DNA of 64,000 nt from Endomicrobiales bacterium (lineage in GTDB: Bacteria; Elusimicrobiota; Endomicrobiia; Endomicrobiales; JALOBY01). Location: positions 224,001 to 288,000 of the forward strand of contig CAWCNJ010000008.1 of assembly GCA_963796955.1 (NCBI GenBank). The letters run 5' to 3'. This document shows positions 49,165 to 58,342 of the stretch, one piece after another. The stretch's first letter is position 1. Each line of letters begins with the position of its first letter. The position numbers and the translations under genes were made by a program. The notes below the pieces were generated by a model. It had not been told where the DNA came from, searched no databases, and worked only from the letters and a program-made list of their open reading frames with translations.

Positions 49165-50730
49165 ATGGCCATCACCAGCGCGCTGCTGAGCGTATCAGAC
49201 AAGACGGGGATCGTTGACTTCGCGAAAGGGCTTCACGAGCTTGGTATAACTATTATATCCAGCGGGGGAACGGCAAAGACCCTTAAAGAAAACGGCATTC
49301 CCTGTAAAGAGGTCTCGGATGTTACGGGATTTCCTGAGATACTGGACGGGCGTGTTAAAACGCTACAGCCCAAGATCCACGGCGGCATCCTGGCCATACG
49401 GGAAAAACAGTCTCATCAGGACGACCTTAAAAAACACGGCATCACGCCGATCGATATAGTGGTCGTGAACCTGTATCCTTTTGAAGCTACCTCGGCAAAA
49501 TATCCAAAAACAGCGTCGGGCACCGTTCCCCAGCAGATCGTCGAAGATATAGATATCGGCGGCGTGGCGCTGCTGCGTGCCTCTGCAAAGAACTTTAATG
49601 ATGTGCTGGTATTGTGTGAAAACAGCGACTACGCCGGCGTGCTTGCGGCTGTTAAGACCGGCACAGTAAGTTATTCGCTCAGAAAAGAACTCGCGGCAAA
49701 AGCCTTCCGTCATACCGCCTATTACGACTCGCTGATATCCGGTTATTTTACTGATCAGCCCTTTTCGGAGAAGATATCGCTGGGGCTTACAAGGATAGCG
49801 GGACTGCGTTACGGCGAGAACCCGCATCAGTCGGCATCGCTGTACGCGCTTGGCACGGATACGACCGGCGCCGGTATCGTGAGCGCGAAACAACACCAGG
49901 GCAAAGAGCTTTCCTACAATAATTATCTTGATATGGATTCCGCCTGGAAGCTGGTGAACGAATTTGAAAAGCCGGCCTGCGCGATAATAAAACACAACAA
50001 CCCCTGCGGCTGCGCTGAAGACGCCGATATCAAAGCCGCCTATTTGAAAGCCTATATCTGCGACACCACCAGCGCCTTCGGCGGCGTGGTCGCCTTCAAC
50101 AAACCCGTCGGGGAAGACACCGCCCTTGAGGTGACCAAGATATTTACCGAGTGCATTATCGCGCCGGCCTATACCGACGAAGCGATGAAAATATTCGCTG
50201 CAAAAAAGAACCTGCGTATATTGACCCTGCCGGTGAGGCCGACGACGCTGCCGCATCTGAACGCGGAATTCAGGCAGGTTTCCGGCGGTATGCTGGTACA
50301 GAACAAGGACAACGCTGTTTTCCAGGAAACAAAACCCGTCACAAGGCGCACGCCGTCGGCGGAGGAACTTGCTTCCCTGACGTTTGCGATGAAGGTGTGC
50401 AAACATGTTAAATCGAACGCGATCGTGCTGGTTAAAGGTAAGCAGGCGGTGGGCATAGGGGCCGGCCAGATGAGCCGGATCGATTCCCTGCAGATAGCCG
50501 CGCACAAAATGTCCCTGGTCCCTGCGGAACTGCAACCCCAGGACAAGCCGCTGGTCATGGCTTCCGACGCATTCTTCCCGTTCAACGATGTCGTACTGGA
50601 ATCGGCTAAAGCCGGTATCAAGGCGATCATCCAGCCCGGCGGCTCCATAAACGACGACAAATCCATAACTGCTGCCGATGCTAACGGCATGGCGATGGTC
50701 ATGACGGGAATGCGCCATTTCAGGCATTGA
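49165..50730 (+). CDS. purH: Bifunctional AICAR transformylase/IMP cyclohydrolase
   Basis: ALLSVSDKTG, GRVKTL, IDIGG, LRYGENPHQ, KHNNPCG, SDAFFPF, RHFRH. Confidence 0.98.
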   Translation: MAITSALLSVSDKTGIVDFAKGLHELGITIISSGGTAKTLKENGIPCKEVSDVTGFPEILDGRVKTLQPKIHGGILAIREKQSHQDDLKKHGITPIDIVVVNLYPFEATSAKYPKTASGTVPQQIVEDIDIGGVALLRASAKNFNDVLVLCENSDYAGVLAAVKTGTVSYSLRKELAAKAFRHTAYYDSLISGYFTDQPFSEKISLGLTRIAGLRYGENPHQSASLYALGTDTTGAGIVSAKQHQGKELSYNNYLDMDSAWKLVNEFEKPACAIIKHNNPCGCAEDADIKAAYLKAYICDTTSAFGGVVAFNKPVGEDTALEVTKIFTECIIAPAYTDEAMKIFAAKKNLRILTLPVRPTTLPHLNAEFRQVSGGMLVQNKDNAVFQETKPVTRRTPSAEELASLTFAMKVCKHVKSNAIVLVKGKQAVGIGAGQMSRIDSLQIAAHKMSLVPAELQPQDKPLVMASDAFFPFNDVVLESAKAGIKAIIQPGGSINDDKSITAADANGMAMVMTGMRHFRH

Positions 50731-50749
50731 TAACCGCAACGGATACCAA

Positions 50750-51571
50750 TTGAAAAAACACATTTCGATCGCCGATCTCATGTCACTGAAGCCGGCGCTG
50801 CGCAAACACAATGTTAATACGGTCTGCGAAAGCGCCAGATGCCCGAATATCGGTGAGTGTTTCGCGAAGAAGCAGGCCACGTTCCTGATAGCGGGCACCA
50901 CGTGCACCCGGGGCTGCGCCTTTTGCGCGATCGAAGCCGGCCGCCCGGACGCGCTTGATGCCGCCGAACCCGCCAGGATAGCAACGATCGTCAAAGAACT
51001 TAAATTGTCATACGTTGTTATAACCTCGGTGACACGCGACGACCTGAGGGACGGCGCCGCGATGCATTTTTGCGAAACGGTGGCCGCCGTACGCGCAAAG
51101 AACCCCGGGGTTAAAATAGAGATACTGGTCCCGGATTTTCAAGGCAATTGGTTCGCCGCGCGTGATTCTTTCGCCTGCAAACCGGATGTGTACAGCCACA
51201 ACCTGGAAACCGTGCCGCGGCTGTATGAAGCCGCGCGGATCGGCGCAAGCTTTGAACGCTCACTTGACCTGCTGGACAGGGCGCACAGAGCCGGACTGCT
51301 CACAAAATCCGGTCTGATGCTGGGTCTTGGCGAAACGACGGAGGAAGTGCGCGAAACTATGAAGGCCCTGAGAGCGGCACATTGCGATATATTGACCCTC
51401 GGACAATACCTGGCTCCCGCTGATGGGAAATACCCCGTGCAACGTGAAGTGAGCGTTGCCGAGTTCGATTCGCTGAAAGCAGAAGCGCTCAGCCTTGGGT
51501 TTAAAGCCTGCGCCAGCGCGCCCTACGTGCGCAGTTCGTATCTTGCTGAAAGCTATCTTCCGGGAGATTAA
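50750..51571 (+). CDS. lipA: Lipoyl synthase
   Basis: TVCESARCPNIGEC, CTRGCAFC, HNLETV, VRSSY; TTG start. Confidence 0.95.
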   Translation: MKKHISIADLMSLKPALRKHNVNTVCESARCPNIGECFAKKQATFLIAGTTCTRGCAFCAIEAGRPDALDAAEPARIATIVKELKLSYVVITSVTRDDLRDGAAMHFCETVAAVRAKNPGVKIEILVPDFQGNWFAARDSFACKPDVYSHNLETVPRLYEAARIGASFERSLDLLDRAHRAGLLTKSGLMLGLGETTEEVRETMKALRAAHCDILTLGQYLAPADGKYPVQREVSVAEFDSLKAEALSLGFKACASAPYVRSSYLAESYLPGD

Positions 51572-52984
51572 ATGCCATTACCGCGTTCTGACAAGTCGCA
51601 AACGCCCGCAAAACCGATGGAAGAACATTTCTATCGCATTATGGTGGAATCTTCCAGGGACATCATCTTCATTATCGGCAAGGATCACAAAGTCCAATAT
51701 GTTAACCCGTTCGCGGCGAAACAGCTGGGTTCAACGAAGGGAAAGCTTATCGGCAGACCGCTGCACGACCTGTTCCCGCCTGAAACGTACCTTTCGATGA
51801 AACCCAAGGTTGAAAAGGTGTTCCGCGAGGGCATCATGATATCGACGGAAGATAAAATGCCTTTCGCCTCCGGCACCCTGACCCTGGAAACGATACTGAT
51901 ACCTAACTTTGACGAAAAGGGAAAAACAACCTCCGTTATCGGAACATCCCGGAACGTGACCAGCCACCGCAAGGCCGAAGAAGCTCTGCTTGAAAGCGAG
52001 CGCAGATACAAGGAAATGTGGGACAACGCACCGGTCGCCTACCATACGCTCGACAAACACGGTATCATCACCCAGGTCAACCAGACGGAACTGCGCATTC
52101 TCGGCTATAAACGGGAAGAAATGATAGGCCATCCGATCTGGGATTTCGTGGCTCCCGAGCAACGCGATGAGGCCCGCCAGCGTTTCCTGCAGAAACTTTC
52201 AGGTGAAGAAACGCCCCGCACCTGCAACCGCATTTATTACCGTCGCGACGGCTCCAGTTTGTTCGTCGCTATCGATGATATGCTGGAATTGGATGAGAAG
52301 GGCAAGGTTACCGGTGTACGCACCACCATGGTGGATATCACCGAACGAAAAAAAGTCGAGGACGAGCTGCAGGCCTCGCTCGGCATGCTGAAAAAAACCA
52401 TTAATGACACCATCTTCGCGATGATAAAAATAGTAGAGACCCGCGACCCCTACACCGCCGGCCACCAGAAACGCGTCGCGGAGCTTGCCTGTCACATCGC
52501 CCGCGAGATGAAGCTGGAACCAGCGACGATAGAATCGATCGAGATAGCCTCGCTGATCCACGACATTGGCAAGATATACGTTCCCGCCGAGATATTGAGC
52601 AAACCCGGTAAATTATCGGATATCGAATACAGCCTGAATAAAACCCACGCGAAACTCAGCTACGACATACTTAAAACGATCGAATTTCCCTGGCCGATCG
52701 CCAGGATCGTGCTGCAGCACCACGAACGCCTGGACGGCACCGGCTATCCCTACGGCATATCCGGCAACGAGATACTTCAGGAAGCCCTGATCCTGGCAGT
52801 CGCCGACGTCGTAGAAGCCATGACCTCGCACCGCCCCTACCGCTCCTCACTCGGCCTTAAAACAGCCCTTAAAGAGATCAAGGATCAGCGCGGCCAGCAA
52901 TACGACCCAAAGGTCGTCGACGCCTGTATCCGCGTTTTCCGCAACAAAAAGATAAAGCTCGACGATTGGCAGAAAATGGCGTAG
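51572..52984 (+). CDS. PAS-PAS-HD-GYP c-di-GMP phosphodiesterase
   Basis: Two PAS/PAC domains, RDPYTAGH, HDIGK, HHERLDGTGYP, RPYR. Confidence 0.93.
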   Translation: MPLPRSDKSQTPAKPMEEHFYRIMVESSRDIIFIIGKDHKVQYVNPFAAKQLGSTKGKLIGRPLHDLFPPETYLSMKPKVEKVFREGIMISTEDKMPFASGTLTLETILIPNFDEKGKTTSVIGTSRNVTSHRKAEEALLESERRYKEMWDNAPVAYHTLDKHGIITQVNQTELRILGYKREEMIGHPIWDFVAPEQRDEARQRFLQKLSGEETPRTCNRIYYRRDGSSLFVAIDDMLELDEKGKVTGVRTTMVDITERKKVEDELQASLGMLKKTINDTIFAMIKIVETRDPYTAGHQKRVAELACHIAREMKLEPATIESIEIASLIHDIGKIYVPAEILSKPGKLSDIEYSLNKTHAKLSYDILKTIEFPWPIARIVLQHHERLDGTGYPYGISGNEILQEALILAVADVVEAMTSHRPYRSSLGLKTALKEIKDQRGQQYDPKVVDACIRVFRNKKIKLDDWQKMA

Positions 52985-53000
52985 CAACACGGCTTAGACC

Positions 53001-53029
53001 TTCACAACAAAGGATAATTTTGGTAAAAT
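53001..53029 (+). promoter_or_regulatory. Putative sigma70 promoter immediately upstream of alaS
   Basis: TTCACA-17 bp-TAAAAT with TG extension. Confidence 0.5.
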
Positions 53030-53037
53030 CAATTATT

Positions 53038-55668
53038 ATGAATACTAAATCATCGGTGCAGATCAGGGCTCGTTTCCTTAAATTCTTTGAAGAACGCGGC
53101 CACAAGGTTGTGGCTTCAGATTCGCTTATTCCATCGGGTGATCCGACGCTGTTGTTCACTTCGGCGGGGATGGTGCAGTTCAAAAAGAACTTTTTGGGAC
53201 TGAGCAAGGATACCTTCAGCAGGGCCACAACGGCCCAGAAATGCCTCCGCACTTCAGATATTGACAACGTCGGACAAACGAACCGCCATCTTACGTTTTT
53301 CGAAATGCTGGGGAATTTTTCGTTCGGCGACTATTTCAAAAAAGAATCTATTCATTGGGGCTGGGAATTTCTGACGAAAGAAATGGGACTGCCGGTAGAT
53401 AAATTGTATTTGACCGTCTATAAAGATGACCGCGAAGCCGCCGAAATATGGGGAAAGATCGTTAAGGGCGACCGCATTATCCCGATGGGCGATGATACGA
53501 ATTTCTGGAACATGGGCCCCACCGGCCCCTGCGGGCCCTGTAGCGAGATATTGCTGGACCTGGGCCCTGAGATGAGCTGCGGTAAACCCGATTGCGGGCC
53601 GCAGTGTTCCTGCAACAGATATCTGGAGATCTGGAACCATGTGTTCACTCAATTTGACCGGCAGGCGGACGGGTCCCTTAAAGATCTGCCGAAAAAGAAC
53701 ATCGATACCGGCATGGGCATTGAACGCCTGGTGGCGGCTGCCAACGGTAAGAAGAATGTTTTCGAGACCGACCTTTTTATTCCGCTGATCAATACCGCTT
53801 CCGATATGTTGTCGGTGAACGAAGACCGGACAAACATCGCGGGCCTTCGTCTGATCGCCGACCATTCGCGCGCGATAACATTTATGATCGCCGACGGTAT
53901 ATTGCCTTCCAATGAAGGCCGCGGCTATGTGTTGCGCCGCTTACTGCGCAGGGCGCTGAGAAAGGGAAAACTGTTCGGGGCCACCAAGCCGATGCTGTAC
54001 AAGATGACATCGCATGTGATCGACATAATGAAAGACGGGTATCCCGACCTGGTCAGCCGCAGGGAAAACATCGCCGCCGTCGCTAAAATGGAAGAGGAAA
54101 AATTCCTTGAAACCCTTGAGGCAGGCAGCCACCTGCTGGAAAGCGTTATCTCCAAATGCGCTCCGGGCCACGTTATTCCCGGTTCCGAGGTCTTTAAACT
54201 GTACGATACTTTCGGCTTCCCCGTCGACCTTACCCGCGAGATAGCGGCGGAACACCACCTGAGCATAGACGAGGCGGGTTTCGCGGCAGCCCAGAAAGAT
54301 GCGCAGGAAAAATCGCGCGCCGCCTGGACCGGTTCGGGGGAAAAGGACCAGACATTTTATTCTACCCTGAACAAAGAATTAGGCGACACGACGTTTCGCG
54401 GTTATGAGTACGTTGACCTTACGGCAAAAGTTTCCGCGCTGCTGCAGAACGGTAAACGGGTGTATGAGCTCGGGGCCGGTGAAGAGGGCGAGGTAGTGTT
54501 GACCGAAACACCTTTTTACGCCGAGTCTGGAGGACAAACGGGTGACCACGGCACCATTACGACCGCCGATATATCTGCTAAAGTTCTGGACACCAGCAAG
54601 CCGTCGGGTGGACTGATAACACATAAAGTAAAAGTAATCAGAGGCACTTTAAAAGACGGCCTGATCGTAGAGGCCTCTGTCGATCTTGAACGGCGTAAGT
54701 CTATTATGCGGCATCATACATCAACACACCTGCTGCACAAAGCTCTTCGCCAGATACTTGGTCCGCACGTTGGCCAGGCAGGCTCGCTGGTGGGACCTGA
54801 TTCCTTCCGTTTCGACTTCACCCATTTTTCAGCCCTTAAACCGCAGGAAATAGAAGCGGTTGAAGATATAGTGAACCGCGCAATCCGGGAGAACATGCCA
54901 GTGCGGATAAAAGAAATGAAACTGCAGGAAGCCCGCGAAGCAGGCGCGATGGCCCTATTCGGCGAAAAATACGGAGAGATAGTACGCTCGGTAACCGTTA
55001 AGTCTGACACTTCCGAAGAAACTTTTTCCATGGAACTTTGCGGCGGAACCCACGTAACACGCACCGGCGATATAGGTTTCTTCAAGATAACCGGTGAATA
55101 TTCCGTCTCCTCCGGCACCCGCAGAATAGAAGCGGTGGCGGGCGCAGCGGCAACGCAGACGGTGCGTTCAGCTGAAAACCTGCTTAAAGAAGCCTCATCG
55201 TATCTGAAGGTGCCGCTCAATGAAGTGCCCGCCCGCCTTGAAAAACTTATATCCCTGCAAAAGGATAACGAGAAAGAAATAATGAAACTTAAGGGCCAGG
55301 TAGCCATGGGTGGTTCAGGGACAGGCAGTTTTAACGATGAAATTATAACCGTGAAAGGCATGAAGGTGTTGTCGAAGGTCGTGACCGGCCTTGATGCGTC
55401 CGCGCTGCGTAATTTCGCCGACACACTGAAAGGAAAGATCGGTTCGGGCATCGTGGTTGCCTTTAACACAGCGGAAGACAAAGTATCTTTCATAGTTGCA
55501 TTGACCGATGACGCACTTAAAGCAGGCTTTAATGCCGGCGTGATCGCAAAAAAACTCTCTGCCATTCTTGAAGGCTCGGGCGGCGGGAAACCTGATTTTG
55601 CCCAGGGCGGCGGCAAAGATCCTTCAAAAGTCAAATCAGCTATAGAGCAGCTTTCTTCATTATTGTAA
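53038..55668 (+). CDS. alaS: Alanine--tRNA ligase
   Basis: DPTLLF..AGMVQFK, RHLTFFEMLGNFSFGDYFK, DTGMG.ER, HTSTHLLH, ELCGGTHV, GGGKPDFAQGGG. Confidence 0.98.
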   Translation: MNTKSSVQIRARFLKFFEERGHKVVASDSLIPSGDPTLLFTSAGMVQFKKNFLGLSKDTFSRATTAQKCLRTSDIDNVGQTNRHLTFFEMLGNFSFGDYFKKESIHWGWEFLTKEMGLPVDKLYLTVYKDDREAAEIWGKIVKGDRIIPMGDDTNFWNMGPTGPCGPCSEILLDLGPEMSCGKPDCGPQCSCNRYLEIWNHVFTQFDRQADGSLKDLPKKNIDTGMGIERLVAAANGKKNVFETDLFIPLINTASDMLSVNEDRTNIAGLRLIADHSRAITFMIADGILPSNEGRGYVLRRLLRRALRKGKLFGATKPMLYKMTSHVIDIMKDGYPDLVSRRENIAAVAKMEEEKFLETLEAGSHLLESVISKCAPGHVIPGSEVFKLYDTFGFPVDLTREIAAEHHLSIDEAGFAAAQKDAQEKSRAAWTGSGEKDQTFYSTLNKELGDTTFRGYEYVDLTAKVSALLQNGKRVYELGAGEEGEVVLTETPFYAESGGQTGDHGTITTADISAKVLDTSKPSGGLITHKVKVIRGTLKDGLIVEASVDLERRKSIMRHHTSTHLLHKALRQILGPHVGQAGSLVGPDSFRFDFTHFSALKPQEIEAVEDIVNRAIRENMPVRIKEMKLQEAREAGAMALFGEKYGEIVRSVTVKSDTSEETFSMELCGGTHVTRTGDIGFFKITGEYSVSSGTRRIEAVAGAAATQTVRSAENLLKEASSYLKVPLNEVPARLEKLISLQKDNEKEIMKLKGQVAMGGSGTGSFNDEIITVKGMKVLSKVVTGLDASALRNFADTLKGKIGSGIVVAFNTAEDKVSFIVALTDDALKAGFNAGVIAKKLSAILEGSGGGKPDFAQGGGKDPSKVKSAIEQLSSLL

Positions 55669-55677
55669 GGGGGCACC

Positions 55678-56217
55678 GTGGCAAAACACATCGCGTTGTC
55701 GGTTCTGGGTCAGGACAGGCCGGGCATTGTTTCCGGTATCACGAAAGTTCTCTTTGAGACCGGCTGCAATATAGAAGACTCTTCCATGACGCTGCTGCGC
55801 AGCGAGTTCGCGATGATACTGCTGGTGGCTCTGGGGAACAACACATCCGCCGACACTCTGCGTGCCTGCTTCGCTAAAACCGCCGCCACAAGCAAACTCG
55901 CCGTATTCATTAAGCCCATCTCTTTTAAGGAAGACCTCCCTGAACCCAAAAAAGGCGAGCCGCACATTATCGCGGTCTACGGCGCCGATAAGCCCGGCAT
56001 CGTTTATCGAGTAAGCGATCAGCTGGCAAAGAAAAAGATCAATATTACCGACGTACAAACTGCGTTTTCCAGGGGTGCGAACACGTATACTATGCTGCTT
56101 GAAGCGACCCTTCCCGGCTCGATCTCACGCGCTGCCGCTAAAACAATGCTCACGACACTCGGCAAAAAGTTAGGCGTTACTATCTCCATTCAGCCGGTAG
56201 AAACATCCAACCTCTAG
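55678..56217 (+). CDS. Tandem ACT domain protein (GcvR-like)
   Basis: GQDRPGIV..NIEDSSM and GADKPGIV..NITD. Confidence 0.85.
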   Translation: MAKHIALSVLGQDRPGIVSGITKVLFETGCNIEDSSMTLLRSEFAMILLVALGNNTSADTLRACFAKTAATSKLAVFIKPISFKEDLPEPKKGEPHIIAVYGADKPGIVYRVSDQLAKKKINITDVQTAFSRGANTYTMLLEATLPGSISRAAAKTMLTTLGKKLGVTISIQPVETSNL

Positions 56218-56218
56218 C

Positions 56219-56719
56219 GTGGCTATCCTTAAAATACGCACCATCCCCGACCCGGTACTGAAAGACACAGCGAAACCGGTCACCTCAATAACCGCCGATA
56301 TCATTACGCTTGCCAACGAGATGGTCGCCACGATGCACCATTTTCCAAGATGCACCGGGATCGCCGCGCCGCAGGTGGGACATTCGGTCCGACTGGTAGT
56401 CGCTGATGCCTCGTTAACGGCAAAACCCTGTGATAATCACGGGCTCTTGATAATGATAAATCCGGCGATAACTGCCCGCTCAGGCTCGATATCCGGTCGC
56501 GAGGGCTGTCTAAGCATCCCTGATTTCACGGCCAACGTTACCAGGGCTGCAACGGTGACGGTACAATTTACGGATGAGGGCGGCCAACAACACACCTTCA
56601 CCGCGAACGGCTTTGAAGCGGTCCTGCTGCAACATGAAATAGACCATCTCGACGGATATCTTTTTCTTGACCGGGTAACGTCGCTTAAAACGGATGTGTT
56701 CCGGCGGAAAACAAAGTGA
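56219..56719 (+). CDS. def: Peptide deformylase
   Basis: GIAAPQVG, EGCLS, QHEIDHLDG. Confidence 0.95.
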   Translation: MAILKIRTIPDPVLKDTAKPVTSITADIITLANEMVATMHHFPRCTGIAAPQVGHSVRLVVADASLTAKPCDNHGLLIMINPAITARSGSISGREGCLSIPDFTANVTRAATVTVQFTDEGGQQHTFTANGFEAVLLQHEIDHLDGYLFLDRVTSLKTDVFRRKTK

Positions 56720-56760
56720 TCAGACCGATCGGTCCGATCTGACGGACCTGACCGATCAGA
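56718..56760. repeat. Second GATC nonamer array
   Basis: GATCAGACC GATCGGTCC GATCTGACG GACCTGACC GATCAGA. Confidence 0.75.
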
Positions 56761-56790
56761 GAAGTTGTAGTATATTTAACCCCAAAAAAG

Positions 56791-56799
56791 TGGTATAAT
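56791..56799 (+). promoter_or_regulatory. Extended -10 promoter of the tRNA
   Basis: TGGTATAAT ending 9 nt before the tRNA 5' end. Confidence 0.6.
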
Positions 56800-56808
56800 C
56801 ACATTACT

Positions 56809-56881
56809 GCGCCCGTAGTTCAATTGGATAGAGCACTGGCCTCCGAAGCCAGTCGTCCCGGTTCAAGTCCGGGCGGGCGCA
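56809..56881 (+). tRNA. tRNA-Arg(CCG), CCA not encoded
   Basis: GCGCCCG/CGGGCGC acceptor stem, D arm GTTC/GAGC, anticodon arm CTGGC-CTCCGAA-GCCAG, T arm CCCGG-TTCAAGT-CCGGG. Confidence 0.95.
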
Positions 56882-56908
56882 TGAACACCACCGACCGTTG
56901 TCACTGAC

Positions 56909-56947
56909 TGTAGCGAAATTCCGTCGTTTGGAATTTTGCGATGGTGA
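56909..56947 (+). repeat. Left copy of a GTAG-headed REP-like inverted repeat
   Basis: TGTAGCGAAATTCCGTCGTTTGGAATTTTGCGATGGTGA; 34/39 identical to the reverse complement of 57389-57427. Confidence 0.8.
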
Positions 56948-57031
56948 AATCCCCTTTAGGGGATACAGACTTGTTTTTCGCACGCGAAACACCCTTTAGG
57001 GTGCAAACATGATTCCATTGCAATCTCGTTC

Positions 57032-57409
57032 ATGAAAATCCCTCTAATATTAACCTTGCTGATCATCTCTACTTCAATTTCTTGCGCCGCAGGGGATGCT
57101 TATACCCGGGCTATAGCTGATCATTTTGACAAAGACCCTGCCCAGATCGGGCGGTTGTTCGCTAACGGTTATGGGCGCTCCGAGCTAATTACGCTGATAC
57201 TGATAAGCAAGGCCGCGAATGTTGATCTGCTGGATGTGATCGTGATGCGCAAACACGGAAAAAAGTTTTCAGAAATTTGCCCAGCGTTTAAAGTGGATTG
57301 GAACCTTATTCAAGCGCGGTCTCTCGAAGAGAGGAACAAGATTGACGCCATTGTTACTTCTGCGGAAAGCGGCACCCCAAATGGTGTCTCACCATCGCAA
57401 AATCCCTAA
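57032..57409 (+). CDS. Hypothetical exported protein between the inverted repeats
   Basis: Signal peptide MKIPLILTLLIISTSISCA; helical domain; its last codons lie within the right repeat. Confidence 0.7.
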   Translation: MKIPLILTLLIISTSISCAAGDAYTRAIADHFDKDPAQIGRLFANGYGRSELITLILISKAANVDLLDVIVMRKHGKKFSEICPAFKVDWNLIQARSLEERNKIDAIVTSAESGTPNGVSPSQNP

Positions 57410-57427
57410 AAACGGGATTTCGCTACA
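57389..57427 (-). repeat. Right copy of the REP-like inverted repeat
   Basis: Reverse complement TGTAGCGAAATCCCGTTTTTAGGGATTTTGCGATGGTGA. Confidence 0.8.
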
Positions 57428-57457
57428 AGCGATGATACTTTACAGGTGGTGTTTTCG

Positions 57458-58342
57458 ATGGCTCCAAATTATCCTGCCATTATCAACTCCCTCAACGCCA
57501 TGCTTTCACGCTGCACCCTGTGCGCCCATAATTGTAAGGTTAACCGGCTTCTTGGAAAGGCCGGGCGCTGCCATACAGGCACAACTGCCAAGATCGCCAG
57601 TTATAACGTTCATTTTGGCGAGGAACCGCCGATATCCGGCACGAAAGGTTCGGGAACTATTTTTTTTGCCAACTGCAACCTCTCCTGCGATTTTTGCCAG
57701 AACTATCCTATAAGCCAGTTGGGCCACGGTCAGGAAGTATCGCGTGCCAGGATCGCCGACATTATGCTGGAACTGCAGGACAAGGGCGTGCATAACATTA
57801 ATTTTGTCACTCCAACGCATGTTGTGCCTATGATCGTTGAAGCGGTATCTATCGCCAGGGAAAGGGGACTGGATATTCCATTAGTCTATAATTGCGGCGG
57901 TTATGAAACTGTCGAGACATTGAGGTTGTTGGACGGAATAATAGATATTTATCTTCCCGACGCAAAATATTCTGATCCGGCTATGGCGCAGAAGTATTCA
58001 AATGCGCCGGATTATCCGGCAATCAACAAGGCGGCGATCAAAGAGATGCAGCGGCAGGTTGGCACGCTGCGGCTTGATGAGAACGGGATTGCGGTGAAAG
58101 GCATTATAATACGCCATCTGGTGCTGCCAAATAACATTTCAGGAAGCATCGAGGTATTGAATTTTGTAGCGAAGGAAGTGTCCCCCGAGACATTTGTAAG
58201 TATAATGGGACAATACCATACCGCAAATAAATCTGATAGAATACCGGAGTTGGCGCGTAAAATCTCCAGCGAAGAGTACGCGGCGGTGATAACTGCGGCG
58301 GAAGAGCTTGGGATGGAAAATTGCTGGATACAGGAACTATGA
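57458..58342 (+). CDS. Radical SAM protein, PflX-like
   Basis: CTLCAHNCKVNR..G.C, HFGEEPPISG..GSGTIFF.NCNLSCDFCQN, NINFVTP, DIYLPD.KY, IIRHLVLP. Confidence 0.88.
   Translation: MAPNYPAIINSLNAMLSRCTLCAHNCKVNRLLGKAGRCHTGTTAKIASYNVHFGEEPPISGTKGSGTIFFANCNLSCDFCQNYPISQLGHGQEVSRARIADIMLELQDKGVHNINFVTPTHVVPMIVEAVSIARERGLDIPLVYNCGGYETVETLRLLDGIIDIYLPDAKYSDPAMAQKYSNAPDYPAINKAAIKEMQRQVGTLRLDENGIAVKGIIIRHLVLPNNISGSIEVLNFVAKEVSPETFVSIMGQYHTANKSDRIPELARKISSEEYAAVITAAEELGMENCWIQEL

Noticed and set aside
49363..50994. 543-aa minus-strand ORF
   Set aside because: Antisense shadow of purH/lipA with no recognisable motifs; explained by codon bias of the sense genes
48282..52984. DGC and HD-GYP genes as a dedicated signalling module
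   Set aside because: Separated by purH and lipA; both are common domain architectures with no evidence of linkage
56809..57427. Integrase-type genomic island or prophage at tRNA-Arg
   Set aside because: No integrase and no duplicated tRNA 3' end seen downstream
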